Of a stretch of 64,000 nucleotides of DNA, positions 9,756 to 19,474 are shown one piece after another. The stretch covers positions 119,191 through 183,190 of the forward strand of contig JAVZZP010000001.1 in assembly GCA_038885615.1 (NCBI GenBank), in the 5' to 3' direction. Under the pieces are notes generated by a model that saw only the letters and a program-made list of their open reading frames with translations, searched no databases and was not told the DNA's origin. Both the position numbers and the translations under genes were made by a program. Position 1 is the first letter of the stretch. Each line of letters opens with the position of its first letter. Source of the stretch: Candidatus Pacearchaeota archaeon (lineage in GTDB: Archaea > Nanobdellota > Nanobdellia > Pacearchaeales > GW2011-AR1).

Positions 9756-10314
9756 AAAAGTTGTAAAAGAAAGAATAATAAAATCTTATCGCTTAAAAAT
9801 TTTAGACGAAAAATTAAGAAAATCTCGAACAAAGAAGGAAAGAAAAATTCTTGAAAAAGCCTCAAAAATTATTGATGTTCCAAAAATCTTAGGAAAAGAA
9901 AGCGATTTTTCAATTGAGATGGAATATATTGAAGGCGAAAAAATTTCTAATTGCCTTGATTCTTTTAATGAAGAAAAACAAAAAGAAATAATGACAAAAA
10001 TAGGAGAAATAATTGCAAAACTTCACAAAGAGGACATTATTCATGGCGATTTAACTACTTCAAATATGATTTTAAAAAAAGAAAAAATTTATGTAATTGA
10101 TTTTGGCCTTTCATTCATTTCTAAAAGAATAGAAGATAAAGCAGTTGATTTACATCTAATAAAACAAGCTTTAGAAGCAAAACATTGGAAAAATTATGAA
10201 AATTTATTTAACTGGCTTCTAGAGAGTTATAAAGAAAATTATAAAAAAGCTAATGAAGTTTTAGAAAGATTAAAGAAGGTTGAAAAAAGAGGTCGCTACA
10301 AAGGCAATTATTAA
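9697..10314 (+). CDS. bud32: KEOPS complex Bud32/PRPK RIO-type kinase
   Basis: N-terminus LISQGAEAKIKL; catalytic loop IIHGDLTTSNMIL; DFGLS motif. About 205 aa, as expected for archaeal Bud32. Confidence 0.75.
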   Translation: MEEKIISQGAEAKIKLIENKKVVKERIIKSYRLKILDEKLRKSRTKKERKILEKASKIIDVPKILGKESDFSIEMEYIEGEKISNCLDSFNEEKQKEIMTKIGEIIAKLHKEDIIHGDLTTSNMILKKEKIYVIDFGLSFISKRIEDKAVDLHLIKQALEAKHWKNYENLFNWLLESYKENYKKANEVLERLKKVEKRGRYKGNY

Positions 10315-11642
10315 AAATTAAAATTTCTTTTTTCAGAAATCTCTCCTGCCAGATTTTCAAGCATTTTTTTCTTTATTTCTTCGTTTTTTCCTAGCAAAGA
10401 TTTTTGTCCTAGAAGCCATGAGAGTTTTACAAAAGCAACTTCTGAAAGCATGTCACCTAATGGAACAAGTCCTGTTTTTAATAACTCTCTTCCGGAAGAG
10501 TAGACATTTAAGTTTAAGCCACCATAAATTGTCTGGGCTGTTCCGAATATAAGCATACCTTCGTCCACAAGTTTTTTTATTGTCGGTAAAAAATTATGCT
10601 TTGCATTAGAAGAAGGGACTTGACCAAGACCCGTAAGCTCTAAAATTAACCCTTTGTAACCTTTTTCCTTATAAAAATTTAATATTTCTGGGTCCTGCCC
10701 GGGATAAACTTTTACTAAAGCAACCTTATCGGAATATTGAGTATTTGCTTTTATTTTTATTTTATTGTTCCTTGCATTAAATTCTCTCAGAATTTTAAAT
10801 TCTTTTAAAGAAATCTCGGCGAAAGGTTCTGAGTTAATAACCTTAAAAGTATCTCTTCTGGAAGTGTGCATTTTTCTCACTCGTGTTCCCGGCATTGCTA
10901 AACAAAATTCATCGTTTAAATCCTTGTGGCCAACAATAGAAACTTCTGCAATATCCGAAACCGCATATTTAACAGCACAGAGCAAATTCAGAGCAGCATC
11001 CGTAGAAGCCCTGTCTATACTTCTTTGGGAGTATGTTAATGCAACTGGCTTATTTGGTTTTCCCAACATAAATGAGAGGGCAGCAGAAGAATAATGCAAA
11101 AAATCTGTTCCATGGGTTACAACTACTCCTGAAATATTATCATCGTTTAAATATTTCTCGCAAGTTTCAGCCAATTTTTTCCAGTCAGCAAAATGCATGT
11201 CTTCTGAAAATTTCATAAAAGGTTTTTCAATAGCGTAAATGTTACATAAATTTTTTATTTCTGGAACAATGTCAAGCAAGTCTTCAGCAGAGGTAGGAAT
11301 TACGCCGCCCGTTTTGTAATCAACTTTGGAAGAAATTGTACCGCCCGTAATTATAAAAACAATGTTTGGAAGTCCTTCTTTTTTTTCTAAAACAAAATCT
11401 TTTTTTTCTTTTTCTTTGGCTTTTTCTAAAATTTCAACATTTAAAATTTCTCTTTCTCTTATGCCTATATTGTAACCGGAAGGAAGCTTTAAGAAGATTA
11501 TTTCAGGATCAAAACTCTCTAGAACAATACCTTCCCAGTCTCTATCTTTGCACTTAAATCTTACCTTGTCGCCTACATTAAGAATTTTTTCCTTTAACAT
11601 AAATAAAGAAAAGAAAAGGAGTATAAAAAACTTTTTAATCAA
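10311..11642 (-). CDS. gatD: Glu-tRNA(Gln) amidotransferase subunit D (GatD), L-asparaginase-domain
   Basis: N-terminal AANH-like domain (VGDKVRF). Asparaginase motifs IVFIITGGTISS and VVVTHGTDFL. 443 aa. Confidence 0.85.
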   Translation of the reverse strand: MIKKFFILLFFSLFMLKEKILNVGDKVRFKCKDRDWEGIVLESFDPEIIFLKLPSGYNIGIREREILNVEILEKAKEKEKKDFVLEKKEGLPNIVFIITGGTISSKVDYKTGGVIPTSAEDLLDIVPEIKNLCNIYAIEKPFMKFSEDMHFADWKKLAETCEKYLNDDNISGVVVTHGTDFLHYSSAALSFMLGKPNKPVALTYSQRSIDRASTDAALNLLCAVKYAVSDIAEVSIVGHKDLNDEFCLAMPGTRVRKMHTSRRDTFKVINSEPFAEISLKEFKILREFNARNNKIKIKANTQYSDKVALVKVYPGQDPEILNFYKEKGYKGLILELTGLGQVPSSNAKHNFLPTIKKLVDEGMLIFGTAQTIYGGLNLNVYSSGRELLKTGLVPLGDMLSEVAFVKLSWLLGQKSLLGKNEEIKKKMLENLAGEISEKRNFNF

Positions 11643-11943
11643 TTACCTTAACTCTTATAGAAACAGAACGAGGAATTTGAAGCTTCATTATGCCATGCAT
11701 TACCCTATCATTTGAAGGTAAATCAATAATCCTTTTGTGAATCCTCATTTCAAATCTGTCATATGTTTCTGTTCCATTACCACAAGGACTTTTTCTTGTT
11801 GTAACTTTAAGTCTTTTTGTTGGCAAAGGAATTGGACCAGAAATAACTACGCCTGCGTTTTTGGCTATTTCTTTTATATTTTCAATTACGCTATTTAGAG
11901 CATCAATGCTTACACTTTGTAGCTTTATTCTTACTTTTGACAT
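11635..11943 (-). CDS. rps10: 30S ribosomal protein uS10
   Basis: KVRIKLQSVSIDALNSVIENIKEIAKNAGVVISGPIPLPTKRLKVTTRKSP...IHKRIIDL matches the uS10 pattern (RIxLxxxDxxxLDxxxxxIxxxAxxxGxxVxGPIPLPT). Confidence 0.85.
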   Translation of the reverse strand: MSKVRIKLQSVSIDALNSVIENIKEIAKNAGVVISGPIPLPTKRLKVTTRKSPCGNGTETYDRFEMRIHKRIIDLPSNDRVMHGIMKLQIPRSVSIRVKVID

Positions 11944-11993
11944 AGAGTTATAGAAAAAAATAGCTTTTTAAAACTTACTCATGGATAAAATAT

Positions 11994-12716
11994 ATGAAAA
12001 AAAAGAAAAAATTTCTTTTGTTGTTACTTTTTGTAATAAGTGGTCTTTTATATTATTTTATTTATTCTTTTGGAAATAATAGCGAGAAAGATTTTATTCA
12101 GGAAGAGATAAAAATCAAAAGAGCTCTTGATGGTGATACTCTAGAATTAGAAGATGGAAGGAAAGTCAGAATGCTTGGTATAAATACTCCCGAAAAAGGA
12201 AAATTTATGTCTAAAGAAGCATTAGAAATGACAAAAACTATTGAAAACAAAAAAGTGATTCTTCTTTATAACCAAAAAGACAAATATGGAAGAGTTTTAG
12301 GATACATTTTTTTTGAAGGAGAGAATTTTAACAAAAAAATACTAGAAAATGGTTTGGCTCATTTGTATTACTATGAAAAAGATAGGTTTTTTGAAGAAAT
12401 GAAAGAAACAGAAAAAAGAGCCAGAGAAAATAAAAAAGGTATATGGAAAGAATCTAGAAATAAAGAGTGCGTTTCTCTAATTAAATTTGATTATAAAGAA
12501 AAAAAGAGATGCAATAATGAAGAAATTTTAGTTTTAGAGAACTCTTGCAATAAATCAATAAAAGTTCTTATAAAAGACGATTCTACAAAACAAACAGAAG
12601 AAGAAATTAAACAAGGAATTTTCTCAAAAAACTTTTCTTGTGCTTTTAATGATGAAGGAGATAGCTTGTATGTATGGGATAACGAAGGACTAATTTTATT
12701 TTATAGATATCCTTAA
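11994..12716 (+). CDS. secreted staphylococcal-nuclease (SNase/thermonuclease)-like nuclease
   Basis: N-terminal signal/TM (KKKKKFLLLLLFVISGLLYYFI). SNase core KRALDGDTLELEDGRKVRMLGINTPEK...YGRVLGYIF. C-terminal Cys-containing extension. Confidence 0.75.
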   Translation: MKKKKKFLLLLLFVISGLLYYFIYSFGNNSEKDFIQEEIKIKRALDGDTLELEDGRKVRMLGINTPEKGKFMSKEALEMTKTIENKKVILLYNQKDKYGRVLGYIFFEGENFNKKILENGLAHLYYYEKDRFFEEMKETEKRARENKKGIWKESRNKECVSLIKFDYKEKKRCNNEEILVLENSCNKSIKVLIKDDSTKQTEEEIKQGIFSKNFSCAFNDEGDSLYVWDNEGLILFYRYP

Positions 12717-12740
12717 AAAACAAATATTGCTGAAAAAAAG

Positions 12741-13478
12741 ATGATAAAAGAAATATTGTTAGCTATAGTCCAAGGAATAACAGAGTTTCTACCCATTTCA
12801 AGTTCAGGACATTTGGCTTTGCTAGGAAAATTTTTTTCAGAAGTCAATTTTTCTATATTTATTTATCTACATATTGCTTCTTTTTTGGCTGTTTTGATTT
12901 TCTTTAGAAAAAAAATAAAAGATGTTATTTTAAACGACAGAAAAAAATTGGCTTTTGTTATTGTTGGAATAATTCCAGCCGCATTTATAGGATTTTTATT
13001 TAAGAATTTTGTTGAAAAAAGCTTTAACTCTTTATTTTTAATAGGAATTTCTTTTTTAATAACAGCAATTTTTTTATTTTTAACAAAATTTCGGAAGGAA
13101 GAAAGAAAACTAGACCTAAAAAGTTCTCTTTTAATAGGGCTATTTCAGATTCTTGCTTTGTTTCCAGGAATTTCTAGAAGCGGAATAACAATTTCTTCTG
13201 CAAGAATTTTAGGGATAAAAAAAGAGGAAGCTTTTGATTTTTCTTTTTTAATGTTTATTCCTTTATCTTTTGGAGCATTTTTAGTTGAAATATCTGAAAA
13301 TAGTACTTTTATTCTTTCAACGAGTTTTTTTATTCCTTTTTTGGTGTGCTTCTTTGTTAGCTATTTTTCTTTAGTTTATCTAAATAAAATTCTAAAAAAA
13401 GGAAAACTTTGGTTTTTTGGAGTATATTGTTTATTGATTGGCATTTTTTCTTTAATTTTTTCTTTCTTTTTTTCTTGA
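12741..13478 (+). CDS. uppP: undecaprenyl-diphosphatase (BacA/UppP)
   Basis: Motifs QGITEFLPISSSGHL and PGISRSGITI; 7-8 TM helices. Confidence 0.8.
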   Translation: MIKEILLAIVQGITEFLPISSSGHLALLGKFFSEVNFSIFIYLHIASFLAVLIFFRKKIKDVILNDRKKLAFVIVGIIPAAFIGFLFKNFVEKSFNSLFLIGISFLITAIFLFLTKFRKEERKLDLKSSLLIGLFQILALFPGISRSGITISSARILGIKKEEAFDFSFLMFIPLSFGAFLVEISENSTFILSTSFFIPFLVCFFVSYFSLVYLNKILKKGKLWFFGVYCLLIGIFSLIFSFFFS

Positions 13479-14045
13479 TTCTCTTCTAAACATTTCTAAG
13501 ACAGCATAACGAGTTCTACCGAGTTCTTGTCCTATTTCAGTTGCATTATACCCGGAATCTTTTAAAGAATATGCTAAAGAAATTTCTTCTGCAGTCCAAG
13601 GTCTTTGGCCTCTTGAAATGGCTGCTTTTTTGGCAGCTTCAGTTAGCTTTTCTTTTGATTGAAATAATGCACCTTTTTTGTTTTCTATTGCGCTCTGGTA
13701 AGTATTAAAAGCAGAATTTACTCTGTTTTGTCTAGACCTAAGCGAGTATTCTTCTTCGCTTAAAAGCCCATTATAAACTTCTCCTAAAAGACAATTCTTA
13801 TTTCCATAAAGAGCATATTTTATGGCACTTTCTAAAAGACCTCTATTTCGAATATTAACTCTTTCCATTAAGATGTCATCATTTAAACAAATCTCTGCTA
13901 TGTCTCTTATACTAAAATGCATTGGAAATTCTTCGTCATTTATTACTAGCTTCGCTAAATAAAACGAGCCCATTTCTGGGAACAACTCTTGTAATAACTT
14001 TCCCTTAGCTATTGCTGTTTTAATCAATCTAAATTTATGGTTCAT
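13452..14045 (-). CDS. hypothetical protein with C-terminal helix-turn-helix
   Basis: 197 aa; C-terminal GYNATEIGQELGRTRYAVLEMFRR resembles a sigma-70 region 4/LuxR-type HTH. Confidence 0.4.
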   Translation of the reverse strand: MNHKFRLIKTAIAKGKLLQELFPEMGSFYLAKLVINDEEFPMHFSIRDIAEICLNDDILMERVNIRNRGLLESAIKYALYGNKNCLLGEVYNGLLSEEEYSLRSRQNRVNSAFNTYQSAIENKKGALFQSKEKLTEAAKKAAISRGQRPWTAEEISLAYSLKDSGYNATEIGQELGRTRYAVLEMFRRESRKKERKN

Positions 14046-14056
14046 TTAGAAATAGC

Positions 14057-14105
14057 CGGCTGCGCCGCGAGCAGCCGACCTTTCATCACAGCCATTTGTG
14101 ATGAA
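14057..14105. promoter_or_regulatory. two adjacent perfect hairpins/palindromes in a divergent intergenic region
   Basis: GC-rich 7-bp stem CGGCTGC-(GCCGCGA)-GCAGCCG at 14057-14077, unusual in this AT-rich DNA. Immediately followed by a 9-bp perfect palindrome TTCATCACA-(GCCATT)-TGTGATGAA at 14082-14105. Located between the divergent genes 13452-14045 (-) and 14217-14657 (+). Confidence 0.35.
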
Positions 14106-14216
14106 CATGAAAAAGAATAAATACACCCAATCTTAAAAAACTATCGATTTTTTTACCACTTAATAAAAAGAAAAATATAAAAAGGTAGTTAATTATTTAA
14201 TTTTCTAGGTTTTAAA

Positions 14217-14657
14217 ATGCTGGAAGAGATTAATAAAGAAAAAACTAGTGCAGACCATCTTTTTTTTGTAAGTTTGAAATACACAAAAACATGTGATGTA
14301 ATTCTGAATCTCATAGAAAGATGGAGAAGCCTAATAGAACTATGCTTTGACCAAATGATAAAGAATAGCATAAAAAATAAAAAAATAAAGGAATTGCCAA
14401 AGAGCCCGAAACATAAAATAGAAGTCGTTGAAAAGAATTTTGGAAAGTATACTGAAGTAAAAGAGATACTCCCTCTTTATATCTTGTTCAAAAGAATTCC
14501 GCTTCTACCAAAGGTAAGGGAAGGGGAATTTAGAAAAAAAGTTGCCTTGAAAATAGATGATGGTGAAAAAACAATAGAAATAAATATGAACAAATTAAAA
14601 GAGTATTACGAAATAGTAGAAAGATTTATAAGTTTAGTAAAACAAAACTTCCTATAA
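14217..14657 (+). CDS. hypothetical protein
   Basis: 146-aa basic ORF, no motif recognised; immediately precedes the MinD-like ATPase. Confidence 0.4.
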   Translation: MLEEINKEKTSADHLFFVSLKYTKTCDVILNLIERWRSLIELCFDQMIKNSIKNKKIKELPKSPKHKIEVVEKNFGKYTEVKEILPLYILFKRIPLLPKVREGEFRKKVALKIDDGEKTIEINMNKLKEYYEIVERFISLVKQNFL

Positions 14658-14658
14658 A

Positions 14659-15414
14659 ATGGGGAGAATAATTGCAATACTATCTGGGAAAGGCGGTGTA
14701 GGAAAAACAACCACTTCAATAAACTTGGGTATGGCCCTAAATTCACTAGGAAAGGAAACTATAATTGTTGATCTTAATTTAAAAACACCTAATGTAGGAA
14801 TACATCTCGGAGCCCCTATAGTACCAATAACACTAAATCATGTTCTAAAAGGCAAAGCAGAAATAGAAGAAACAATATATGAACATTATTCTGGAACAAA
14901 AGTCATTCCTTCTTCTTTAACTTTAGAAGAAATAAATGATGGGTACATAAAAAAAATACCTTTTGTTATAAGAAAACTTCGCGATTTTGCAGATTATATT
15001 ATTTTGGATTCTGCTGCAGGTTTTCCAGAAGAAGTTCTTTCTTCTATTGATGCTGGTGACGAGATCATTGTAGTGACCAATCCTGAACTTCCTGCAGTAA
15101 CTGATGCGCTGAAAGCTATAAAAGTTGTAAGAAATAAAGGAAAAGATGTTAAGGGAGCAATAATAACAAGACACAAGGGAGAAAAATATGAAATGTCTTT
15201 GCCTGCAATAAAAAATATGCTTGAGGTGCCTATAATTGGAGTAGTCCCAGAGGATGAAGCAGTAAAAAAAGCAATTCATAAAAAAGATGCTGTAGTCCAT
15301 ATTCATCCAAAAAGCAAAGCGGCAAAAAAATACAGGGAGATAGCTCATAAAATAAACGGGACTTTTGAGAAAAAAGAAAGCCTAATAAAAAAGTTTTTTG
15401 AATTTTTAAGATAA
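14659..15414 (+). CDS. MinD/ParA-family P-loop ATPase
   Basis: Deviant Walker A ILSGKGGVGKTTTSINLGMAL; Walker B IILDSAAG; ~250 aa. Confidence 0.8.
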   Translation: MGRIIAILSGKGGVGKTTTSINLGMALNSLGKETIIVDLNLKTPNVGIHLGAPIVPITLNHVLKGKAEIEETIYEHYSGTKVIPSSLTLEEINDGYIKKIPFVIRKLRDFADYIILDSAAGFPEEVLSSIDAGDEIIVVTNPELPAVTDALKAIKVVRNKGKDVKGAIITRHKGEKYEMSLPAIKNMLEVPIIGVVPEDEAVKKAIHKKDAVVHIHPKSKAAKKYREIAHKINGTFEKKESLIKKFFEFLR

Positions 15415-15654
15415 ATTTTATTTCTTAATTTATAGAGATTTTGCTAAACTATCCTTAAAAAAACTGAAATTGAGATTTATAGTAAAAAAACAAGAAGAAA
15501 AAACCTGAAGGGACAAAGGCCTGCTCTGTACATTGCTTGTTTGTAGAACGAACTACAAAACCTAATTAGTCCAGAACAAATAATATATGTAAAGATTCTT
15601 CTAAAAAATGAAATAGCCTAAAGCCAAAATAATCTAGTTGACAATTTGATTAAT

Positions 15655-15680
15655 TTCTTTTAAATAAATTTAAATAATCT
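15655..15680 (+). promoter_or_regulatory. putative archaeal BRE/TATA promoter for pheS (near-leaderless mRNA)
   Basis: TTTTAAATAAATTTAAATAA lies ~20-40 nt upstream of the pheS ATG at 15698. No Shine-Dalgarno-like sequence intervenes. Confidence 0.3.
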
Positions 15681-15697
15681 TCTTTTCTAAAAAAAAT

Positions 15698-17206
15698 ATG
15701 GATAAAAAAGAGATTGTAGAAAAACTCTCTCCGCTAGAAAGAAAAATTTTTCCTTTGGTTGGAAATAGTATAGAGGAAATATGCCAAAAAACGTCATTGG
15801 ATAAAACATCTGTTCTAAGAGCGGTTTCCCTTTTAAAAGCAAAAAATCTTATTGAAGTCTTAGAAAAAGAAAAAAAGGTTATTGATCTAGGGTTAAATGG
15901 AGTTTTGTACTCTAGAAAAAGCCTCCCAGAGAGAATACTTCTAAATGAGTTGGCAAAGAAAAAAGAAATTTTAATTGAAAAGAATGAGATAAGTGAACTT
16001 AACGAAAATGAATTTAAAGTTGCAGTAGGAGTATTGAAAAAGAAAGCTCTCATCGAAATAAAAGACAAAAAATTAATATTAAAGGCGAAAGAAGAAGAAA
16101 TAAACAAAAAATTTTTAGAAGAAGAATTTTTAGAGAAGTTACCTCTAGAGTATGACTCTTTAACCCCTGAACAGAAATTTGCTTTTGAAAATTTAAAGGG
16201 TAGAAAAAATATAATAGAAATAAAAAACGTAAAAGAAATTTCTGTCAAACTAACTGAACTTGGGAAATCAATTTCCTCAGAAGATTTAAAGGAGGAACTT
16301 ATTGAGAAATTAACTACAAAGATGATTAAAACATCTTCTTGGAAAGGAAAAAAATTCAGAGCTTATGATATACAAAGCCAAGTTCCTAGAGTTTATGGTG
16401 GAAAAAGGCATTTTGTGAATCAAGCGATAGACTACGCAAAAAAAATTTGGATAGAAATGGGTTTTAAAGAAATGACAGGCAGTATTGTAACAACTAGTTT
16501 CTGGAATTTTGACGCTTTATTTACCCCCCAAGATCACCCTGCAAGAGATGTTCAAGACACTTTTTTTATTTCTAATGCAAAAGGAAAACTTCCTGATAAA
16601 AAATTAGTAGAAGAAGTCAAGAAAGCACATGAGGGAAACTTAAAACAAGGAAAGGGATGGCAAGAAAAATGGAATGAGGAAAAAGCAAAAAGAGTTTGCA
16701 TAAGAACACATACTACTTGCATTTCATCTCAAACATTAAAAAAAATCGCAGAAAAAAAAGAATTTCCTGCAAAATATTTTGCAATTGGAAAGTGCTTTAG
16801 AAACGAAACTGTTGATTGGAGCCATGGCTTTGAATTCAACCAAACAGAGGGAATTGTCGTTGATGAAAATGCAAATTTCAAGCAGCTTCTCGGATATCTA
16901 AAAGCATTCTTTGAAAAAATGGGACACAAAAAATTAAGATTTAGGCCACATTACTTCCCTTATACAGAGCCTTCTGTTGAAATTGATTCTTGGAATGAAG
17001 AAAAAAAATGCTGGATTGAGATTGGTGGAGCAGGAATGTTTAGACCAGAAGTTACAATCCCTTTCTTCGGAAAACATATACCTGTTTTGGCTTGGGGCCC
17101 AGGCTTTGATAGATTAATAATGAATTATTATGAAATAAAAGATTTAAGAGAGCTTTATAAAAACGATTTAAATAAATTAAGAGAGATTAAGTTCTGGATG
17201 CTATGA
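15698..17206 (+). CDS. pheS: phenylalanyl-tRNA synthetase alpha subunit (archaeal type)
   Basis: Class II core motifs FRNETVDWSHGFEFNQTEG, RFRPHYFPYTEPSVEID, GAGMFRPEV, AWGPGFDRL. 502 aa with archaeal N-terminal extension. Confidence 0.9.
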   Translation: MDKKEIVEKLSPLERKIFPLVGNSIEEICQKTSLDKTSVLRAVSLLKAKNLIEVLEKEKKVIDLGLNGVLYSRKSLPERILLNELAKKKEILIEKNEISELNENEFKVAVGVLKKKALIEIKDKKLILKAKEEEINKKFLEEEFLEKLPLEYDSLTPEQKFAFENLKGRKNIIEIKNVKEISVKLTELGKSISSEDLKEELIEKLTTKMIKTSSWKGKKFRAYDIQSQVPRVYGGKRHFVNQAIDYAKKIWIEMGFKEMTGSIVTTSFWNFDALFTPQDHPARDVQDTFFISNAKGKLPDKKLVEEVKKAHEGNLKQGKGWQEKWNEEKAKRVCIRTHTTCISSQTLKKIAEKKEFPAKYFAIGKCFRNETVDWSHGFEFNQTEGIVVDENANFKQLLGYLKAFFEKMGHKKLRFRPHYFPYTEPSVEIDSWNEEKKCWIEIGGAGMFRPEVTIPFFGKHIPVLAWGPGFDRLIMNYYEIKDLRELYKNDLNKLREIKFWML

Positions 17207-18846
17207 CAAACATCACATTAAATCGCAAAGAAATTGAAAAAAATCTTGGGAAAATTAATGAGGAGTTACAAAACAAAATAATCTCTACAGGAGTAGAAAT
17301 AGAAGACCTCAATGAAAATGAAATTATCTTAGGAATAACTCCGAACAGGCCAGATTTGTTATCTTTGCAAGGTTTTTTAAGACATATGAATCTTTATCTA
17401 GGAAAAAAGAAACCTTCTTCTTATATTGCAGAAGATAACAAGGAATATGAAGTCATTGTAGAAAAATCTGTTAAAGAAGTAAGGCCTTTTACTGCTTGTG
17501 CTGTTGCAAAAAATCTAAATTTTAACGATGAAAGAATAAAAGAAATAATTGACATACAGGAGAAATTGCATTTGACTCTTGGAAGAAACAGGAGAAAGGT
17601 TGCCATCGGGATTTACCCTCTGGAAAAAATAAAGTTTCCTATAAGATTTTTAGCAAGAAAACCTAAGGAAATTGTTTTTAGACCTCTGGAATTTGATAAG
17701 GAAATAGATGGTTTGAGAATTTTAAGAGATCATCCGACAGGAAGAGAGTATGCTTATTTGCTGGAGGGAAAAGAAGTTTTTCCTATTTTTGAGGATGCAA
17801 ACAATAAAATTCTAAGTATGCCGCCGATAATAAATTCTCACGAAACAGGAAAAGTAACTAACGAAACAAAAGATATTTTTATTGAGTGTTCCGGATTTAA
17901 TCTTTTTTATTTAAAAAAGGTTCTTAATATAATCTGTTGTGCTCTAGCAGATATGGGAGCAGAAATTTACAGAGTGAAAGTTAAAGATGGTTGGTCTAGT
18001 TTCTATACTCCGGAGTTTTCAGAAGAAAAAATAGAATTTAGTATAGAACAAATAAACAAAACAATCGGTCTAAATCTAAAAGAAAAAGAAATAGAAAAAT
18101 TGCTTTTGAGAATGGGAATAAAAATTGAAAAATCGAAGAAAGGATTTTTAGCTTTAGTTCCATCATATAGAGTTGATATTTTTAATTGGAGCGATATTGC
18201 TGAAGAGGTTGCTATTGCATATGGCTATGAGAATATTGGTTTTGAAATACCTTCTGTTTCAGTCATTGCAGAAGAAGATAAAAATTTTGTTTTAAAGAGA
18301 AAAATTGGTGAAATTTTGGCGGGACTAGGTTTTTTAGAATGCTCCTCTTTACATCTAAACACAAAAGAAGAAATTAAAAAAATGCATTATCAATTTAAAG
18401 ATTTTATTGAAATTGAAAACTCAAAAACAGAATACAACACCTTAAGAATTGACCTAATGACAAATATTCTTAAGATATTTTCTGAAAACTCTGACTCACA
18501 ATATCCTCAAAAAATTTTTGAAATCGGGCCCGTTTTTTCTCTTGGTGAAAAAAGTGAAACAAGCATTGAAGAAAAACAAAATTTAGCAATAGCGATTTGC
18601 GACGATGAAACAAACTTTACAGAAATAAAAAGAGTTCTCGACTACTTGTTTAAAATGCTTAATAAAAAATACTCGCTTGAAGAAACAGAAAATTCTAATT
18701 ACATACCTGGAAGGGTTGGAAAAATTATTGTAGGTGGTAAAGAGATTGGGTTCATAGGAGAAATTGCCCCAAGAGTTTTAAAGAACTGGAAGATAAATTT
18801 TCCTGTTGCCGGAGTAGAGATCTGTGTTGATGACTTCATCAATTAA
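17203..18846 (+). CDS. pheT: phenylalanyl-tRNA synthetase beta subunit (archaeal type)
   Basis: ATGA-overlapped with pheS. B3/4 and B5 domain pattern (ITPNRPDLLSLQG...), ~547 aa as for archaeal PheT. Confidence 0.85.
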   Translation: MTNITLNRKEIEKNLGKINEELQNKIISTGVEIEDLNENEIILGITPNRPDLLSLQGFLRHMNLYLGKKKPSSYIAEDNKEYEVIVEKSVKEVRPFTACAVAKNLNFNDERIKEIIDIQEKLHLTLGRNRRKVAIGIYPLEKIKFPIRFLARKPKEIVFRPLEFDKEIDGLRILRDHPTGREYAYLLEGKEVFPIFEDANNKILSMPPIINSHETGKVTNETKDIFIECSGFNLFYLKKVLNIICCALADMGAEIYRVKVKDGWSSFYTPEFSEEKIEFSIEQINKTIGLNLKEKEIEKLLLRMGIKIEKSKKGFLALVPSYRVDIFNWSDIAEEVAIAYGYENIGFEIPSVSVIAEEDKNFVLKRKIGEILAGLGFLECSSLHLNTKEEIKKMHYQFKDFIEIENSKTEYNTLRIDLMTNILKIFSENSDSQYPQKIFEIGPVFSLGEKSETSIEEKQNLAIAICDDETNFTEIKRVLDYLFKMLNKKYSLEETENSNYIPGRVGKIIVGGKEIGFIGEIAPRVLKNWKINFPVAGVEICVDDFIN

Positions 18847-19384
18847 AAGCTTCTTCTCTTAAAAAATCTTCCCATTTTTCGAAGTGTTCTGCTATTAATT
18901 CTTCCCCTATGCTTTCAAAGGTTCTTTTTCCCATTTCCCTGTAAAATTCTGGATGGGGGGCACCGTATCTCTTATAAAGCCTATTTAGTGCGTCATAAAA
19001 AAATGACAAAGAAAATAAACAACGTGAAGCAAAATCTTCCCCAAGTTCTTTATAACCTTTATAAAATCCTCTTTCCCTTTCCAAAGAAGAAATTTTCTCT
19101 AAAAAATCAATTGCTAAAGGTAAAAATCTTCCCTCAAAGTGGATGTATCTCTTAAAAAAGCTAGCTAATTTCATAGATTCTTCTTCATCAGCAAAACTAG
19201 CTCTTGAAAAAAGCAGAAGTATAATTTCACTATCAATAGGTAAAACTCCTTCTCTCATCTCACTTACTTTTTTTAAGATTAATGAAGGTAAAATTCTTTT
19301 AAAATCATTGTCATCTACCAATAAATCAATAGATTTCGTGCTCTGTTCTGGAAATAGAGAGTAAAGAGTTTCTCTTTTTGGCAT
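18839..19384 (-). CDS. hypothetical protein
   Basis: 181-aa acidic ORF; no motif recognised. Confidence 0.4.
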   Translation of the reverse strand: MPKRETLYSLFPEQSTKSIDLLVDDNDFKRILPSLILKKVSEMREGVLPIDSEIILLLFSRASFADEEESMKLASFFKRYIHFEGRFLPLAIDFLEKISSLERERGFYKGYKELGEDFASRCLFSLSFFYDALNRLYKRYGAPHPEFYREMGKRTFESIGEELIAEHFEKWEDFLREEAFN

Positions 19385-19474
19385 TAAGTTTGAAAAAAAG
19401 ATAGCTTAAAAAGAATTATTGAAAAAAAGAATATATTACAAAGATTTAAAAATACCGAAAAAAATGAGAATATA

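Noticed and set aside
14923-15348. Minus-strand ORFs 14923-15348 and 14994-15176 inside the MinD-like gene
   Set aside because: Antisense to a well-supported P-loop ATPase. Cys/Phe/Tyr-rich nonsense composition typical of A/T-rich antisense frames.
15415-15697. 283-nt intergenic region upstream of pheS as a structured RNA (SRP RNA/RNase P RNA)
   Set aside because: A/T-rich with only a weak 7-bp hairpin (GTTTGTAG..CTACAAA). No conserved SRP or RNase P motifs recognised. Retained only as a promoter region.
15670-16248. Minus-strand 192-aa ORF overlapping pheS
   Set aside because: Antisense of a high-confidence PheRS alpha gene; Phe/Ser-rich low-complexity product.
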